Part shown: positions 13,826 through 25,861 of the stretch, piece by piece
Layout of the letters: each line of letters starts with the position of its first letter
Position numbering within the stretch: position 1 is the first letter of the stretch
Source: Macrostomum lignano
Lineage: Eukaryota
DNA: 64,000 nucleotides
Assembly: GCA_002269645.1 (NCBI GenBank)
Contig: NIVC01000422.1
Coordinates: 550,219-614,218 of the forward strand
Direction: 5' to 3'
Position numbers and translations under genes: made by a program
The notes under the pieces: model-generated
Database searches by the model: none
Seen by the model: only the letters and a program-made list of their open reading frames with translations
What the model was told of the DNA's origin: nothing

Positions 13826-14476
13826 TTAGGGTGCTTTCCTGCAAGTCATGCATATTTGTCATTATATCAATCCTGATACCTTTTGAGTAACTATTTACAT
13901 TATTATTTGAGTATATAATTATCGATATCAATAATTATTTATTCAAATTGATTACTTTCTCTTTCACTGATGTTATCAGTCGAATTTCACTGACTTGTTT
14001 AAATAAAATAATTCTTTCATTTTTTCCGTGACCGTAATTAGTAGAAAGTATGAATTGCTTAGTAATAATACTAATACTAATACTGGTACTAATTATTAAT
14101 TTGCTGTAACCATTAAGTGCAGTGCATGTTTTTGCTTTATTGATATGAATTGCAAATCATTAAGGACAATATAGCAGTTATTAATAATAATTGGTGATTG
14201 GTGTCTTTTTTGCTTTTTGTTATCTTTGTTTTGACACTGTAATAAATGTAATCCGTACATATTTAACCTGGCTAAAGTGTCATTGATTAGAAGACAGAAA
14301 TAATTGGCTAAGAATTGCGTTTTTCTTGAATAATTTTGTGATTTGGGTCGATAGACTGACAGAAGGATTTGCTAGTTCTGAAAAAATAAAACAGAAGACT
14401 GTTTTGTTTGCTCGTAGTTTTCTTTGTCTTTGAATGCAATTTTTTTATAATTTCTAATTGCCACTTACTTATATAG

Positions 14477-15612
14477 TGTGTTATTATGCATATGCAGAAT
14501 AGTAAGCCAGCCTTTACAAAAACCGAAAATTCACAAACCCAAAACTTCCCAAACCCGAATCTTCCCCAAATCCGAATCTTCCACAAACCCGAATCTTCCC
14601 CAAACCCGAATCTTCCACAAACCCGAATCTTCCCCAAACCCGAATCTTCCCCAAACCCGAATCTTCCCCAAATCCGAATCTTCCCCAAACCCGAATCTTC
14701 CACAAACCCGAATCTTCCCCAAATCCGAATCTTCCACAAACCCGAATCTTCCCCAAATCCGAATCTTCCCCAAACCCGAATCTTCCACAAACCCGAATCT
14801 TCCCCAAATCCGAATCTTCCCCAAACCCGAATCTTCCACAAATCCGAATCTTCCAAAAACCCGAATCTTCCACAAACCCGAATCTTCCCCAAACCCGAAT
14901 CTTCCCCAAATCCGAATCTTCCCCAAACCCGAATCTTCCACAAACCCGAATCTTCCCCAAATCCGAATCTTCCCCAAATCCGTATCTTCCACAAATCCGA
15001 ATCTTCCCCAAACCCGAATCTTCCCCAAATCCGAATCTTCCCCAAACCCGAATCTTCCACAAACCCGAATCTTCCCCAAATCCGAATCTTCCCCAAATCC
15101 GTATCTTCCACAAATCCGAATCTTCCTAAACCCCGAATCTTCCCAAAACCGAATCTTCCCAAACCCGAATCTTCCCAAACCCGAATCTTCCCAAACCCGA
15201 CATGCACATGCTGTCTGGGTGTACTGAGTGTACATCGGCTCAGACTTTTTAAGCGTCCAGCATGTACACTCTGTTCCTTGGGCTTTATACTACGAGTATC
15301 TAATATATTTTAATGTTGCTTTATACCTGATAGAGTAAATAAAATGACGACAATTTGCATGATGGCCAACAGCAGTGACAGAACAGAAGAGGCGCCGACA
15401 ACTGAGCCTCAGCAACCAGAAAATACCCAAAACGCTACTAGAGTTACTAACTCCGCTCCAATTTACAAAATCTTTTCCTCAGAAATCAGGAAGTGAAAAC
15501 TTTGCCTGTGGAAGGTGAAAAATTGTTTAAATGGTTTCCTGAAGTGCAACTGTGGCTACCTGAAGATGCAGATATTGAGCAGGTTAAACTGGAGCTATCG
15601 AAACACCAGTGA
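14477..15612 (+). CDS. Possible small spliced gene of unknown function (exons ~14477-14501, 15244-15295, 15334-15442, 15490-15612)
   Basis: Phase-compatible junctions AATA|gtaagc...ctcag|AC and TACGA|gtatct...tgatag|A. The protein-like translation is ...FLSVQHVHSVPWALYYEVNKMTTICMMANSSDRTEEAPTTEPQQ...EVKTLPVEGEKLFKWFPEVQLWLPEDADIEQVKLELSKHQ*. No homology recognised, and the last junction has a weak donor or a 1-bp deletion. Confidence 0.3.
14525..15200 (+). repeat. 17-bp minisatellite AAACCCGAATCTTCCCC
   Basis: Tandem units, flanked by gtaagc (14502) and ctcag (15243). Confidence 0.95.
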
Positions 15613-15859
15613 CGTAGAAAACACTAAGCATTTTTAACATGCTTTTTTTTACTTTTTTCCCTGTGCCTTCTGTTAAAGTAAAGTTCTGAATGATAATTTT
15701 GTAATTTTTAAGTATATCAGACTATGTAACAATTTACGCCAAAACCCAATGTTCAAATACTATATATTTATGGTTAAGAGTTAAGACTTTGATATATACC
15801 AAGTTAAAGTAGTACCACCATTTAGTGGTATTCGTGAATCCTTTAAATTATGTTCATGA

Positions 15860-17475
15860 GAAATGCTCCTCTTAGGACAAGTGAAAAATACCCTAAATAT
15901 TAGTCAAGCAAGAAATACCATATCTCTCATATTAGTCAAGTGAAAAATACCCCTCGTATTAGTGAAATGAGAAATACCCCATCCATTTCGCAAGTGAGAA
16001 ATACCCCTCATATTAGTCAAGTGAGAAATGCCCCTCATATTAGTCAACTGAGAAATACCCCTCATATTAGTCAACTGAGAAATGCCCCTCATATTAGTCA
16101 ACTGAGAAATGCCCCTCATATTAGTCAACTGAGAAATGCCCCTCATATTAGTCAACTGAGAAATGCCCCAAATATAGGGAAAGTGAGAAATACGCCCCTC
16201 ATTTTAATTAACCGAGAAATGCTCCTTATATTAGTCAAGTGAGAAATGCGCCTCATATTAGTCAAGTGAGAAATACCCCTCATAGTAGTCAAGTGAGAAA
16301 TACCCCTCATATTAGTCAAGTGAGAAATACCCCTCATATTAGGTAAGTGAGAAATACCCCTCGTATTAGTCAAGTGAGAAATACCCCTCGTATTAGTCAA
16401 GTGAAAAATACCCCTCATATTAGTTAAGTGAAAAATACGCCTCTTATAGGGAAACGGAGAAATATCCCTCATTAGTCAAGTGAGAAATACCCCTCATATT
16501 AGTCAAGTGAGAAATACCCCTCATAGTAGTCAAGTGAGAAATACCCCTCATATTAGTCAAGTGAGAAATACCCCTCATATTAGTCAAGTGAGAAATACCC
16601 CTCATATTAGTCAAGTGAGAAATACCCCTCATATTAGTCAAGTGAGAAATACCCCTCATATTAGTCAAGTGAGAAATACCCCTCATATTAGTCAAGTGAG
16701 AAATACCCCTCATAGTAGTCAAGTGAGAAATACCCCTCATATTAGTCAAGTGAGAAATACCCCTCATATTAGTCAAGTGAGAAATACCCCTCATATTAGT
16801 CAAGTGAGAAATACCCCTCATTAGTCAAGTGAGAAATACCCCTCATATTAGTCAAGTGAGAAATACCCCTCATATTAGTCAAGTGAGAAATATCCCTCAT
16901 TAGTCAAGTGAGAAATACCCCTCATATTAGTCAAGTGAGAAATACCCCTCATAGTAGTCAAGTGAGAAATACCCCTCATATTAGTCAAGTGAGAAATACC
17001 CCTCATATTAGTCAAGTGAGAAATACCCCTCATATTAGTCAAGTGAGAAATACCCCTCATATTAGTCAAGTGAGAAATACCCCTCATATTAGTCAAGTGA
17101 GAAATACCCCTCATATTAGTCAAGTGAGAAATACCCCTCATAGTAGTCAAGTGAGAAATACCCCTCATATTAGTCAAGTGAGAAATACCCCTCATATTAG
17201 TCAAGTGAGAAATACCCCTCATATTAGTCAAGTGAGAAATACCCCTCATATTAGTCAAGTGAGAAATACCCCTCATATTAGTCAAGTGAGAAATACCCCT
17301 CATATTAGTCAAGTGAGAAATACCCCTCATATTAGTCAAGTGAGAAATACCCCTCATATTAGTCAAGTGAGAAATACCCCTCATATTAGTCAAGTGAGAA
17401 ATACCCCTCATATTAGTCAAGTGAGAAATACGCATCATATAGGAAAAGTAAGAAATACCCCATCATATTAGTCAA
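15860..17475 (+). repeat. 27-bp minisatellite TAGTCAAGTGAGAAATACCCCTCATAT
   Basis: Tandem units, degenerate 5' and near-perfect 3'. Confidence 0.96.
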
Positions 17476-17602
17476 CCCCCAAGGATAAATAAGTTTAGGG
17501 CCGCTGTACACTCCTGTATGAGTGTGTGCCTGCTCAGGGGAGTCGGCGGAATGGGCAGCAATGCCTCTCGCCGGTTGTGTGACAATGTCGCTTAAAGTGC
17601 CT
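17472..17602 (+). mobile_element. 5'-truncated SINE family A copy just upstream of the XRCC1 start
   Basis: Matches the 3' half of 43531-43870 (TTAGGGCCGCTGTACACTCCTGT...GTCGCTTAAAGTGC). Confidence 0.8.
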
Positions 17603-17716
17603 TTAAAAATACCTTCAATCAAGCAACTGAGAGTTATGCTATCTAAGAAACACACCCAATAAGCCAGTGTCAAGAATCCATATCTCCTTATGCATTTATG
17701 CCAATCCTAATCAGTC

Positions 17717-20700
17717 ATGCACACGGTGGATCTCAATAAGGTGTCCAGCTATTCATCAGAGGACCCAGCTTACCCTGCCAGCAACCTGTTAAAGAGCAGC
17801 GGCTCGCACAAATGGAAATGCGCCAAGCCTGGCGAACCGAAAGCTATTGTCTGTTTCCAATTGAAATCGCCGGTTAAAATTGTACAGATTGATGTTGGTA
17901 ATGAAGGCTCCGCGCTTGTTGAAGTGCTAGTTAGCCGGGATGCGGATCCCACGGACACCTGGCAGGTGCTTCTGGCAGCTTCGTCTCTCATGAGCCCGGC
18001 TGATGCTAAGAAGGGCTCCGATTTGAATCGAGTGCGATCTTTCCAATCTGACCAGCTGCACAAGCCGGCTTGCAATGAAAAATGGGATAAGATTAGAGTA
18101 GTTTGCAGTCAGCCATTTAGTAAGTCTCTGCAGTACGGCTTGAGTTTTATTAAGTTTGTCTCCGCTGATGAGGCCGCTACAAGCGGTGGCACCGTTCACA
18201 CCAAGGTGATTTTCGATTTCTTTTCATTCGATTCTGTAGTTTAATCCCTCGTTTGAAAACACAGATTTCCCTATTTACAAAACCCCGGAATTCCCCATAT
18301 AAATAACCTCCGAAATCCCATTTAAAACCCAGAATTCCTTATTTGAGTAACCCAGAATTCCCCATTTGAGTAACCCGGAATTCCCCATTTCAGAAACCCG
18401 GAATTCCCCATTTAAGTAACCCGGAATTCCCTATCTGAGTAACCAAGAATTCCCCGTCTGAGTAACCCGGAATTCCCCATTTGAGAAACCTGGTATTCCC
18501 CATTTGAGTAACCCGGAATTCGCTATCTGAGTAACCCGGAATTCCTCATCTGAGTAACCCGGAATACCCTATCTGAGTAACCCGGAATCCCCCATCTGAG
18601 TAACCCGGAATTCCCCATCTGAGTAACCCGGAATCACCCATTTGAGAAACCCGGAATTCTCCATTTGAAAACCCCATTCGAAGACACGGATTTCCTCAAT
18701 TGAGAACCGCAGAAGTCCCCATTGAGAAACCCGGAATTCCCCATCTGATTAACTTGGAATTCCCCATTTAAGAAACCCGGAATTCCCTATTTGAGTAACC
18801 CGGAATTCCTCATTTGAGAAACCCGGAATTCCCTATCTGAGTAACCCGGAATTTTCCATTTTAGTAACCCCAGGAATCCCATTAAAAACCAGGAATTCCC
18901 CATTTGAGAAACCCGGAATCCACCATTTAAGAACCCGGAATTCCCTACTTGAAAACCCCGGAATTCCCATTTCAGAAACCCCGAATTCCCTATTAACAAC
19001 CCCGGAAATCCCGATTAGAGACCTCGCAATTTCCCTTTTAAAAACCCTGAAATTCCCCATTAAAAAACCGCGGAGTTCCCCATTAGCGACCTCGGAATTC
19101 TCTATTTAAAAACCACGAAATTATAATAGGGAATTTGAGACCCCCGGAATTCCCCATTTGAAACCTCCGGAATTTCCCACTTAGGAACACAGAATCCCCA
19201 TTTCTAAGAACACAGAATCCCCATTTTTAAGAACACAGAATCCCCATTTTTGAGAACACAGAATCCCCATTTTTGAGAACACAGAATCCCCATTTTTGAG
19301 AACACAGAATCCCCATTTTTGAGAACACAGAATCCCCATTTTTGAGAACACAGAATCCCCATTTTTGAGAACACAGAATCCCCATTTTTGAGAACACAGA
19401 ATCCCCATTTTTGAGAACACAGAATCCCCATTTTTGAGAACACAGAATCCCCATTTTTGAGAACACAGAATCCCCATTTTTGAGAACACAGAATCCCCTC
19501 GCCAAATCTCAGGTCGGCGACTTCGCCATTCGCGACGATGACCAAGACGAAATCGACGATCAGAAGAATGGCGTCGGAGACGACAAGAAGAAGCCGGCCG
19601 CCGGCAAGAACGGTTCTGAGGACTCGATAACCCGCCCCGGCGGTTTGTTCTCGTCTAGGGTGAAGAAGGGCGGCGCTGAGGAGGCCGCTGGGGAAGCTAA
19701 AAAGAAGACGCCAGTTGCTGCTGCTGCTGCTGCTGCAACCGCTAAGCCAAAACTGTTCAAAGCATCTTCTGGAGAAGAAGAAGAAGAAGACGATGAAGAA
19801 AAAGACAAAGCAGCAAAAGCAGAAGATCGGCGAGACCGAGAAAAAAAGACAGCCGATAAGAAGGCTTCGTCGAGCAGTGTGGCGGGAGAGGAGTTCTCCC
19901 AGCTGCTCAAAGGTGTGGTGTTCGCCATGTCCGGCTACCAGAATCCCAGGCGGGGACAGCTGAGGGATAAAGCGACTAAGATGGGGGCGAAGTACCGGCC
20001 CGACTGGGGGCCCGGCTGCACCCACCTGGTGTGCGCGTTCGCTAATACGCCTAAGTTTAACCAGGTGAGACTGGCTTGCTTGCTTTGGGTTGAGGGGCAC
20101 TAAATAATCGTCAATCTAGTCAAAAAGAATTCCCATCCACCCCAAAAAGAATCGCCTATCTACCTAGAAAGAATCCCCCTTCTACCCATAGAAAATCACC
20201 TATCCACCCCAAAGAGAATCGCCCATCCACACCAAAGAGAATCGCCCATCCACACCAAAGAGAATCGCCCATCCACAGCAAAGAGAATCGCCCATCCACA
20301 CCAAAGAGAATCGCCCATCCACACCAAAGAGAATCGCCCATCCACCCCGAAGAGAATCGCCCATCCACAGCAAAGAGAATCGCCCATCCACACCAAAGAG
20401 AATCGCCCATCCACACCGAAGAGAATCGCCCGTCCACACCAAAGAGAATCGCCCATCCACCCCGAAGAGAATCGCCCATCCACAGCAAAGAGAATCGCCC
20501 ATCCACCCCGAAGAGAATCGCCCATCCACAGCAAAGAGAATCGCCCATCCACACCAAAGAGAATCGCCCATCCACCCCGAAGAGAATCGCCCATCCACAG
20601 CAAAGAGAATCGCCCATCCACACCAAAGAGAATCGCCCATCCACACCGAAGAGAATCGCCCATCCACACCAAAGAGAATCGCCCATCCACCCCGAAGAGA

Positions 20701-23699
20701 ATCGCCCATCTACTCAAAGAGAATCGTCCATCTACCCCAAAGAGAATCGCCCATCCACCCCAAAGAGAATCGCCCATCTACCCCAAAGAGAATCACCCAT
20801 CTACCCCAAAGAGAATCGCCCATCCACACCAAAGAGAATCGCCCATCTACCCCGAAGAGAATCGCCCATCTACCCCGAAGAGAATCGCCCATCCACCCCG
20901 AAGAGAATCGCCCATCCACCCCGAAGAGAATCGCCCATCTACCCCGAAGAGAATCGCCCATCCACCCCGAAGAGAATCGCCCATCCACCCCGAAGAGAAT
21001 CGCCCATCCACCCCGAAGAGAATCGCCCATCTACCTCGAAGAGAATCGCCCATCCACCCCGAAGAGAATCGCCCATCCACCCCGAAGAGAATCGCCCATC
21101 CACCCCAAAGAGAATCGCCCATCCACACCGAAGAGAATCGCCCATCCACCCCGAAGAGAATCGCCCATCCACCCCGAAGAGAATCGCCCATCCACCCCGA
21201 AGAGAATCGCCCATCCACACCGAAGAGAATCGCCCATCCACACCAAAGAGAATCGCCCATCCACACCAAAGAGAATCGCCCATCTACCCCGAAGAGAATC
21301 GCCCATCCACACCGAAGAGAATCGCCCATCCACACCAAAGAGAATCGCCCATCCACCCCGAAGAGAATCGCCCATCCACCCCAAAGAGAATCGCCCATCC
21401 ACACCAAAGAGAATCGCCCATCCACCCCGAAGAGAATCGCCCATCCACACCAAAGAGAATCGCCCATCCACCCCGAAGAGAATCGCCCATCCACCCCGAA
21501 GAGAATCGCCCATCCACACCAAAGAGAATCGCCCATCCACCCCGAAGAGAATCGCCCATCTACCCCGAAGAGAATCGCCCATCCACACCAAAGAGAATCG
21601 CCCATCCACCCGAAGAGAATCGCCCATCCACACCAAAGAGAATCGCCCATCCACACCAAAGAGAATCGCCCATCCACCCGAAGAGAATCGCCCATCCACA
21701 CCAAAGAGAATCGCCCATCTACCCGAAGAGAATCGCCCATCTACCCGAAGAGAATCGCCCATCCACACCAAAGAGAATCGCCCATCCACCCCAAAGAGAA
21801 TCGCCCATCCACCCCGAAGAGAATCGCCCATCCACACCAAAGAGAATCGCCCATCCACCCCGAAGAGAATCGCCCATCTACCCCGAAGAGAATCGCCCAT
21901 CCACACCAAAGAGAATCGCCCATCCACCCCGAAGAGAATCGCCCATCCACACCAAAGAGAATCGCCCATCCACACCAAAGAGAATCGCCCATCCACCCCG
22001 AAGAGAATCGCCCATCCACCCCGAAGAGAATCGCCCATCTACCCCGAAGAGAATCGCCCATCCACACCAAAGAGAATCGCCCATCTACCCCGAAGAGAAT
22101 CGCCCATCCACACCAAAGAGAATCGCCCATCTACCCCGAAGAGAATCGCCCATCCACACCAAAGAGAATCGCCCATCTACCCCGAAGAGAATCGCCCATC
22201 CACACCAAAGAGAATCGCCCGCATTGACTCCACCGCAGGTCCGCGGCAAGGGCAAGATCGTTCTAGCCGAATGGATCGAGCAGTGCTACAAAGAACGCCG
22301 CTTAGTCGATTGGCAACTCTTTGATCTCGCCGCCAAGGCTGCTGGAGGCGGCGGCCGACCCACCAGAGCGGCGGCCGCCAAGAAGCCGAACTATGTCGCC
22401 GACGACGACAGCGACGAAGACAGCGGCGACGGCAAGGGTCGCCGCGGTGGTAGCAAAAATCGACGATCGACGGCCGCGATAACGTCAACAAGAAAGCGTC
22501 GCCAGCGAGGCGACGTCAGCGACAGCGAAGAAAACGACGACGATTTTGACGACGAAGACAGCGACGCGGACGACAAGCGGGCCAGGGCGCAGCGAGCGTC
22601 GAAAAAGCGTCGACGGGGCGGCGAATCCAGCGACGAAGAATGGCGCGGTCGCGGCGGCGGCGGCGCTGACGAGGACGATGATGAAGACGACGATGAAGAG
22701 TTGCCGGAAGAAGAAGATGACGACAGGGAAGCTGGAGACAGTGACAGCGACTACAAAGTTGGCGGCAAGAAGCGAAAGAAGGCGTCATCTGGCGGCGGCA
22801 AGTCGCCTTTGAAGCGTCGAAAATCGTCGTCTTCGACGTCGTCGAAAAAGAAGAAAACTCAAAAGCCGCAGTTGCCCAGGCAACCGTCGTCAAGGCCGCT
22901 CAGAGCGGCCGCTGTAGTGGCCGCCGCCAAAGCGAAGATCAGCGACAGCGACGAAGATTTCGCCGAAGACAACGACGATGATGAAGAGCGGAGGCTGACT
23001 ACAAAACCGAAGCCGAAAACCGCCACCCCGTCGCCGCCAAAACGATCGCCGAGAAAGCAGAAAAAGGTCGATGATAAAGGCGACGACAAAGATGAAGGCA
23101 GCGACGACAGCGGAGCCGGCTGGTCGGTTGTTCGGCGAAAGAAGGGCGACGGCGATAGCGCCAGCGGTAGTCCGAAAAAAACTGCAAACAAATCGCGACG
23201 CCCAGTTAGCGACAGCGAAGAAGAGGACTCTGTTGCTAAGGACTCTGTCGCTAAGGACGCCGTTGCGAAGGATGCAGTTGCTAAGGGCTCCGTTGCTAAG
23301 GATGCCGTTGCTAAGGACACCGTTGCCAAGGGCCCCGTTGCTAATGACGCCGAATTTGACGCCGATACTGATATCGAAGACGACAAAAAAGCCGACAACA
23401 AACCGGAAGAGTTGCCGGACTTTTTTAAAGGCTCGCATTTTTTTATTTACGGCGACTCAATCGATTTGGACGAAAGGCGTCAGTTGAAGCGAGTGATCTA
23501 CGCCTTCAACGGCTACTTAGATGAGTACAACGGGCCAAGCGTTAAGTACATCGTCACTAGAAACGCTTGGGATAAAAATTTCGACGACGCCCTTGAAGAC
23601 AATGCCAACGTGATGTTTGTTAAACCCGACTGGCTATTTGAATTGGAGAAATCTAGGAAATATTGCCAGCCGCACAAGTACCAGGTGGTGGCCAACTGA
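17717..23699 (+). CDS. XRCC1: DNA repair protein XRCC1; exons 17717-18205, 19513-20064, 22239-23699
   Basis: N-terminal domain (SSEDPAYPASNLL, IDVGNEGSALVEVLV, VVCSQPFSK...YGLSFIKF), BRCT1 (LKGVVFAMSGYQNPRRGQLRDKA...YRPDW...THLVCAFANTPKFNQ|V) and BRCT2 (ELPDFFKGSHFFIYG...FVKPDW). Both introns are GT..AG and in frame. Confidence 0.97.
18260..19498 (+). repeat. Two ~23-bp minisatellites in XRCC1 intron 1: GAGTAACCCGGAATTCCCCATTT (degenerate) then GAGAACACAGAATCCCCATTTTT (19181-19498, near perfect)
   Basis: Tandem units. Confidence 0.92.
20125..22220 (+). repeat. 23-bp minisatellite AAGAGAATCGCCCATCCACACCA, XRCC1 intron 2
   Basis: About 2.1 kb of tandem units. Confidence 0.97.
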
Positions 23700-24039
23700 G
23701 GCCACCAAATTTGTGTTTTTTATTTAACAACTTGATACCAACGTGTTATCAGTAATTCTCAACATTTATTTAAATCCGTTTGTAAAAAGTTTACAGTTTG
23801 TGTACATTTTTGTTTATTAATTTTAATGTGTGTTGCTTTGCGTTTAATGTTAAATTAAATGTGTCTATATAATTAGGAAATCCCCTAATGTCATTTTGCG
23901 TTGTATGTTAGCATAGTTCAGAATGTTTTAATATTTTGTAAGAATAAGTACCGTAAGTACTGTAATGACTTATTTTAAACAAACTTCTAAAGACTTGTTT
24001 GCTCGATCAGCATTCAGGTTAACTAAAATCAATATGTTT

Positions 24040-24630
24040 ATTTGATGTATCGATTGTCCTGAATCGATATTTTTATCGGATTTATCGAATATCAGAAATC
24101 GATCTTTATTAGATTTATCGATTATTTCAAGTCGATATCTTTATTGAATTTATCGATTGTTTAGAATCGATATCTTTATTGGATTTATCGATTATTTTAA
24201 ATCGATATCTTTATTAGATTTATCGATTATCTAAAATCGATATCTTTATTGGATTTATCGACTATCTGAAATCGATATCTTTATTGGATTTATCGACTAT
24301 CTGAAATCGATATCTTTATTGGATTTATCGATTATCTGAAATCGATATCTTTATTGGATTTATCGATTATCTGAAATTGATATCTTTATTGGATTTATCG
24401 ACTATCAGAAATCGATGTATTTATTGGATTTATCGATTATCAGAAATCGATATCTTCATTGGGTTTATCGATTATTTGACATTGATATTTTATTGGATTT
24501 ATCGATTATCTGAAATCGATGTCTTCATTGGGTTTATCGATTATTTGACATTGATATCTTTATTGGATTTATCGATTATCTGAAATCGATATCTATGTTG
24601 GATTAACCGGTGGAGGCTATCTGAAATCGA
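24040..24630 (+). repeat. 35-bp minisatellite ATCGATATCTTTATTGGATTTATCGATTATCTGAA downstream of XRCC1
   Basis: Tandem units. Confidence 0.9.
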
Positions 24631-25280
24631 TGTTTTAATAAGATTTTGCAATTTTTTAAAAGCTTGCATTCTTCAGGAGTCAACTTATGATTTAAAAACA
24701 TTGTAACGTTTTTATACTGGCTTGTTTTATGTACTTGTCTTATATAACTTGTTCTTTAATTTTTCAACTTGTTTACTCAATTGTGAACTAAGAAATAACT
24801 ATCGTAACTATTAAAAATTGTTGTTTTTTTTGCTTTGCGTTGAAACCTGTGACTTTACATCTACCGAAGTTTTTGTGTGCACTTTTAATATTACTGTAAA
24901 TAATTATGCTTAAATATGTTAGTGAAGTCTTTTATAGAATCAATAACCTTTTCTGTACTTTAGTTATTCTGCTTATTGCTTATTTCTACTCGTAGAATAG
25001 TCCATTTTTATTTCTTTATTATAATAAGCTGCATCGCGTTTTCAAATTTTTGAAAGCCATTCATCCTGTCCGTCAATATTATTTGTTGTGCATTGCAAAT
25101 TTTAGTTGAGACTGAACTGTTCTGCTCTGCCGTGTGGCCCTGTGCGCATCTCAAATATACTGCACTCACTGCTACAGTGTGACTTGCGCTTCTTACACTC
25201 TGCTTTTTGTCCTTGCGGTTCATTCGCGCTACTAACAATTACTATATGTTCTTTTTCATTCCTTTGGGTTAGGCTGATTG

Positions 25281-25400
25281 TGTCTGTCTGCCTGTCTGTC
25301 TGTCTGTCTGTCTGTCTGTCTGCCTGTCTGTCTGTCTGTCTGTCTGTGTGTCTGTCTGTCTGTCTGCCTGTCTGTCTGTGTGTCTGTCTGTCTGTCTGCC

Positions 25401-25437
<37 letters not shown>

Positions 25438-25484
25438 GCCTGTCTGTCTGTCTGTCTGTCTGTGTGTCTGTCTGTCTGTCTGCC

Positions 25485-25531
<47 letters not shown>

Positions 25532-25548
25532 GTGTCTGTCTGTCTGCC

Positions 25549-25601
<53 letters not shown>

Positions 25602-25606
25602 GCCTC

Positions 25607-25659
<53 letters not shown>

Positions 25660-25740
25660 GTCTGTCTGTCTGCCTGCCTGTCTGTCTGTCTGTCTATCTG
25701 TCTATCTGTCTGTCTGTCTGTCTCCTGCCTGTCTGTCTGC
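25281..25740 (+). repeat. (TCTG)n microsatellite upstream of GALK1
   Basis: Direct reading. Confidence 0.98.
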
Positions 25741-25861
25741 CTATATTCCGGACAGACCCAGCCAGCAAAGCCACTCTAATTAAAGCAACACAATGAGTTA
25801 AAATTGGTCTGATCAATAAGCTGGCATTGGTTCGCATTACAGCCAACCAGAGCAGGTCACC

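Noticed and set aside
22177-23487. Antisense and alternate-frame ORFs over XRCC1 exon 3 (similar ones over the glycine-rich exons and GALK1)
   Set aside because: Expected shadows of GC-rich, low-complexity coding sequence.
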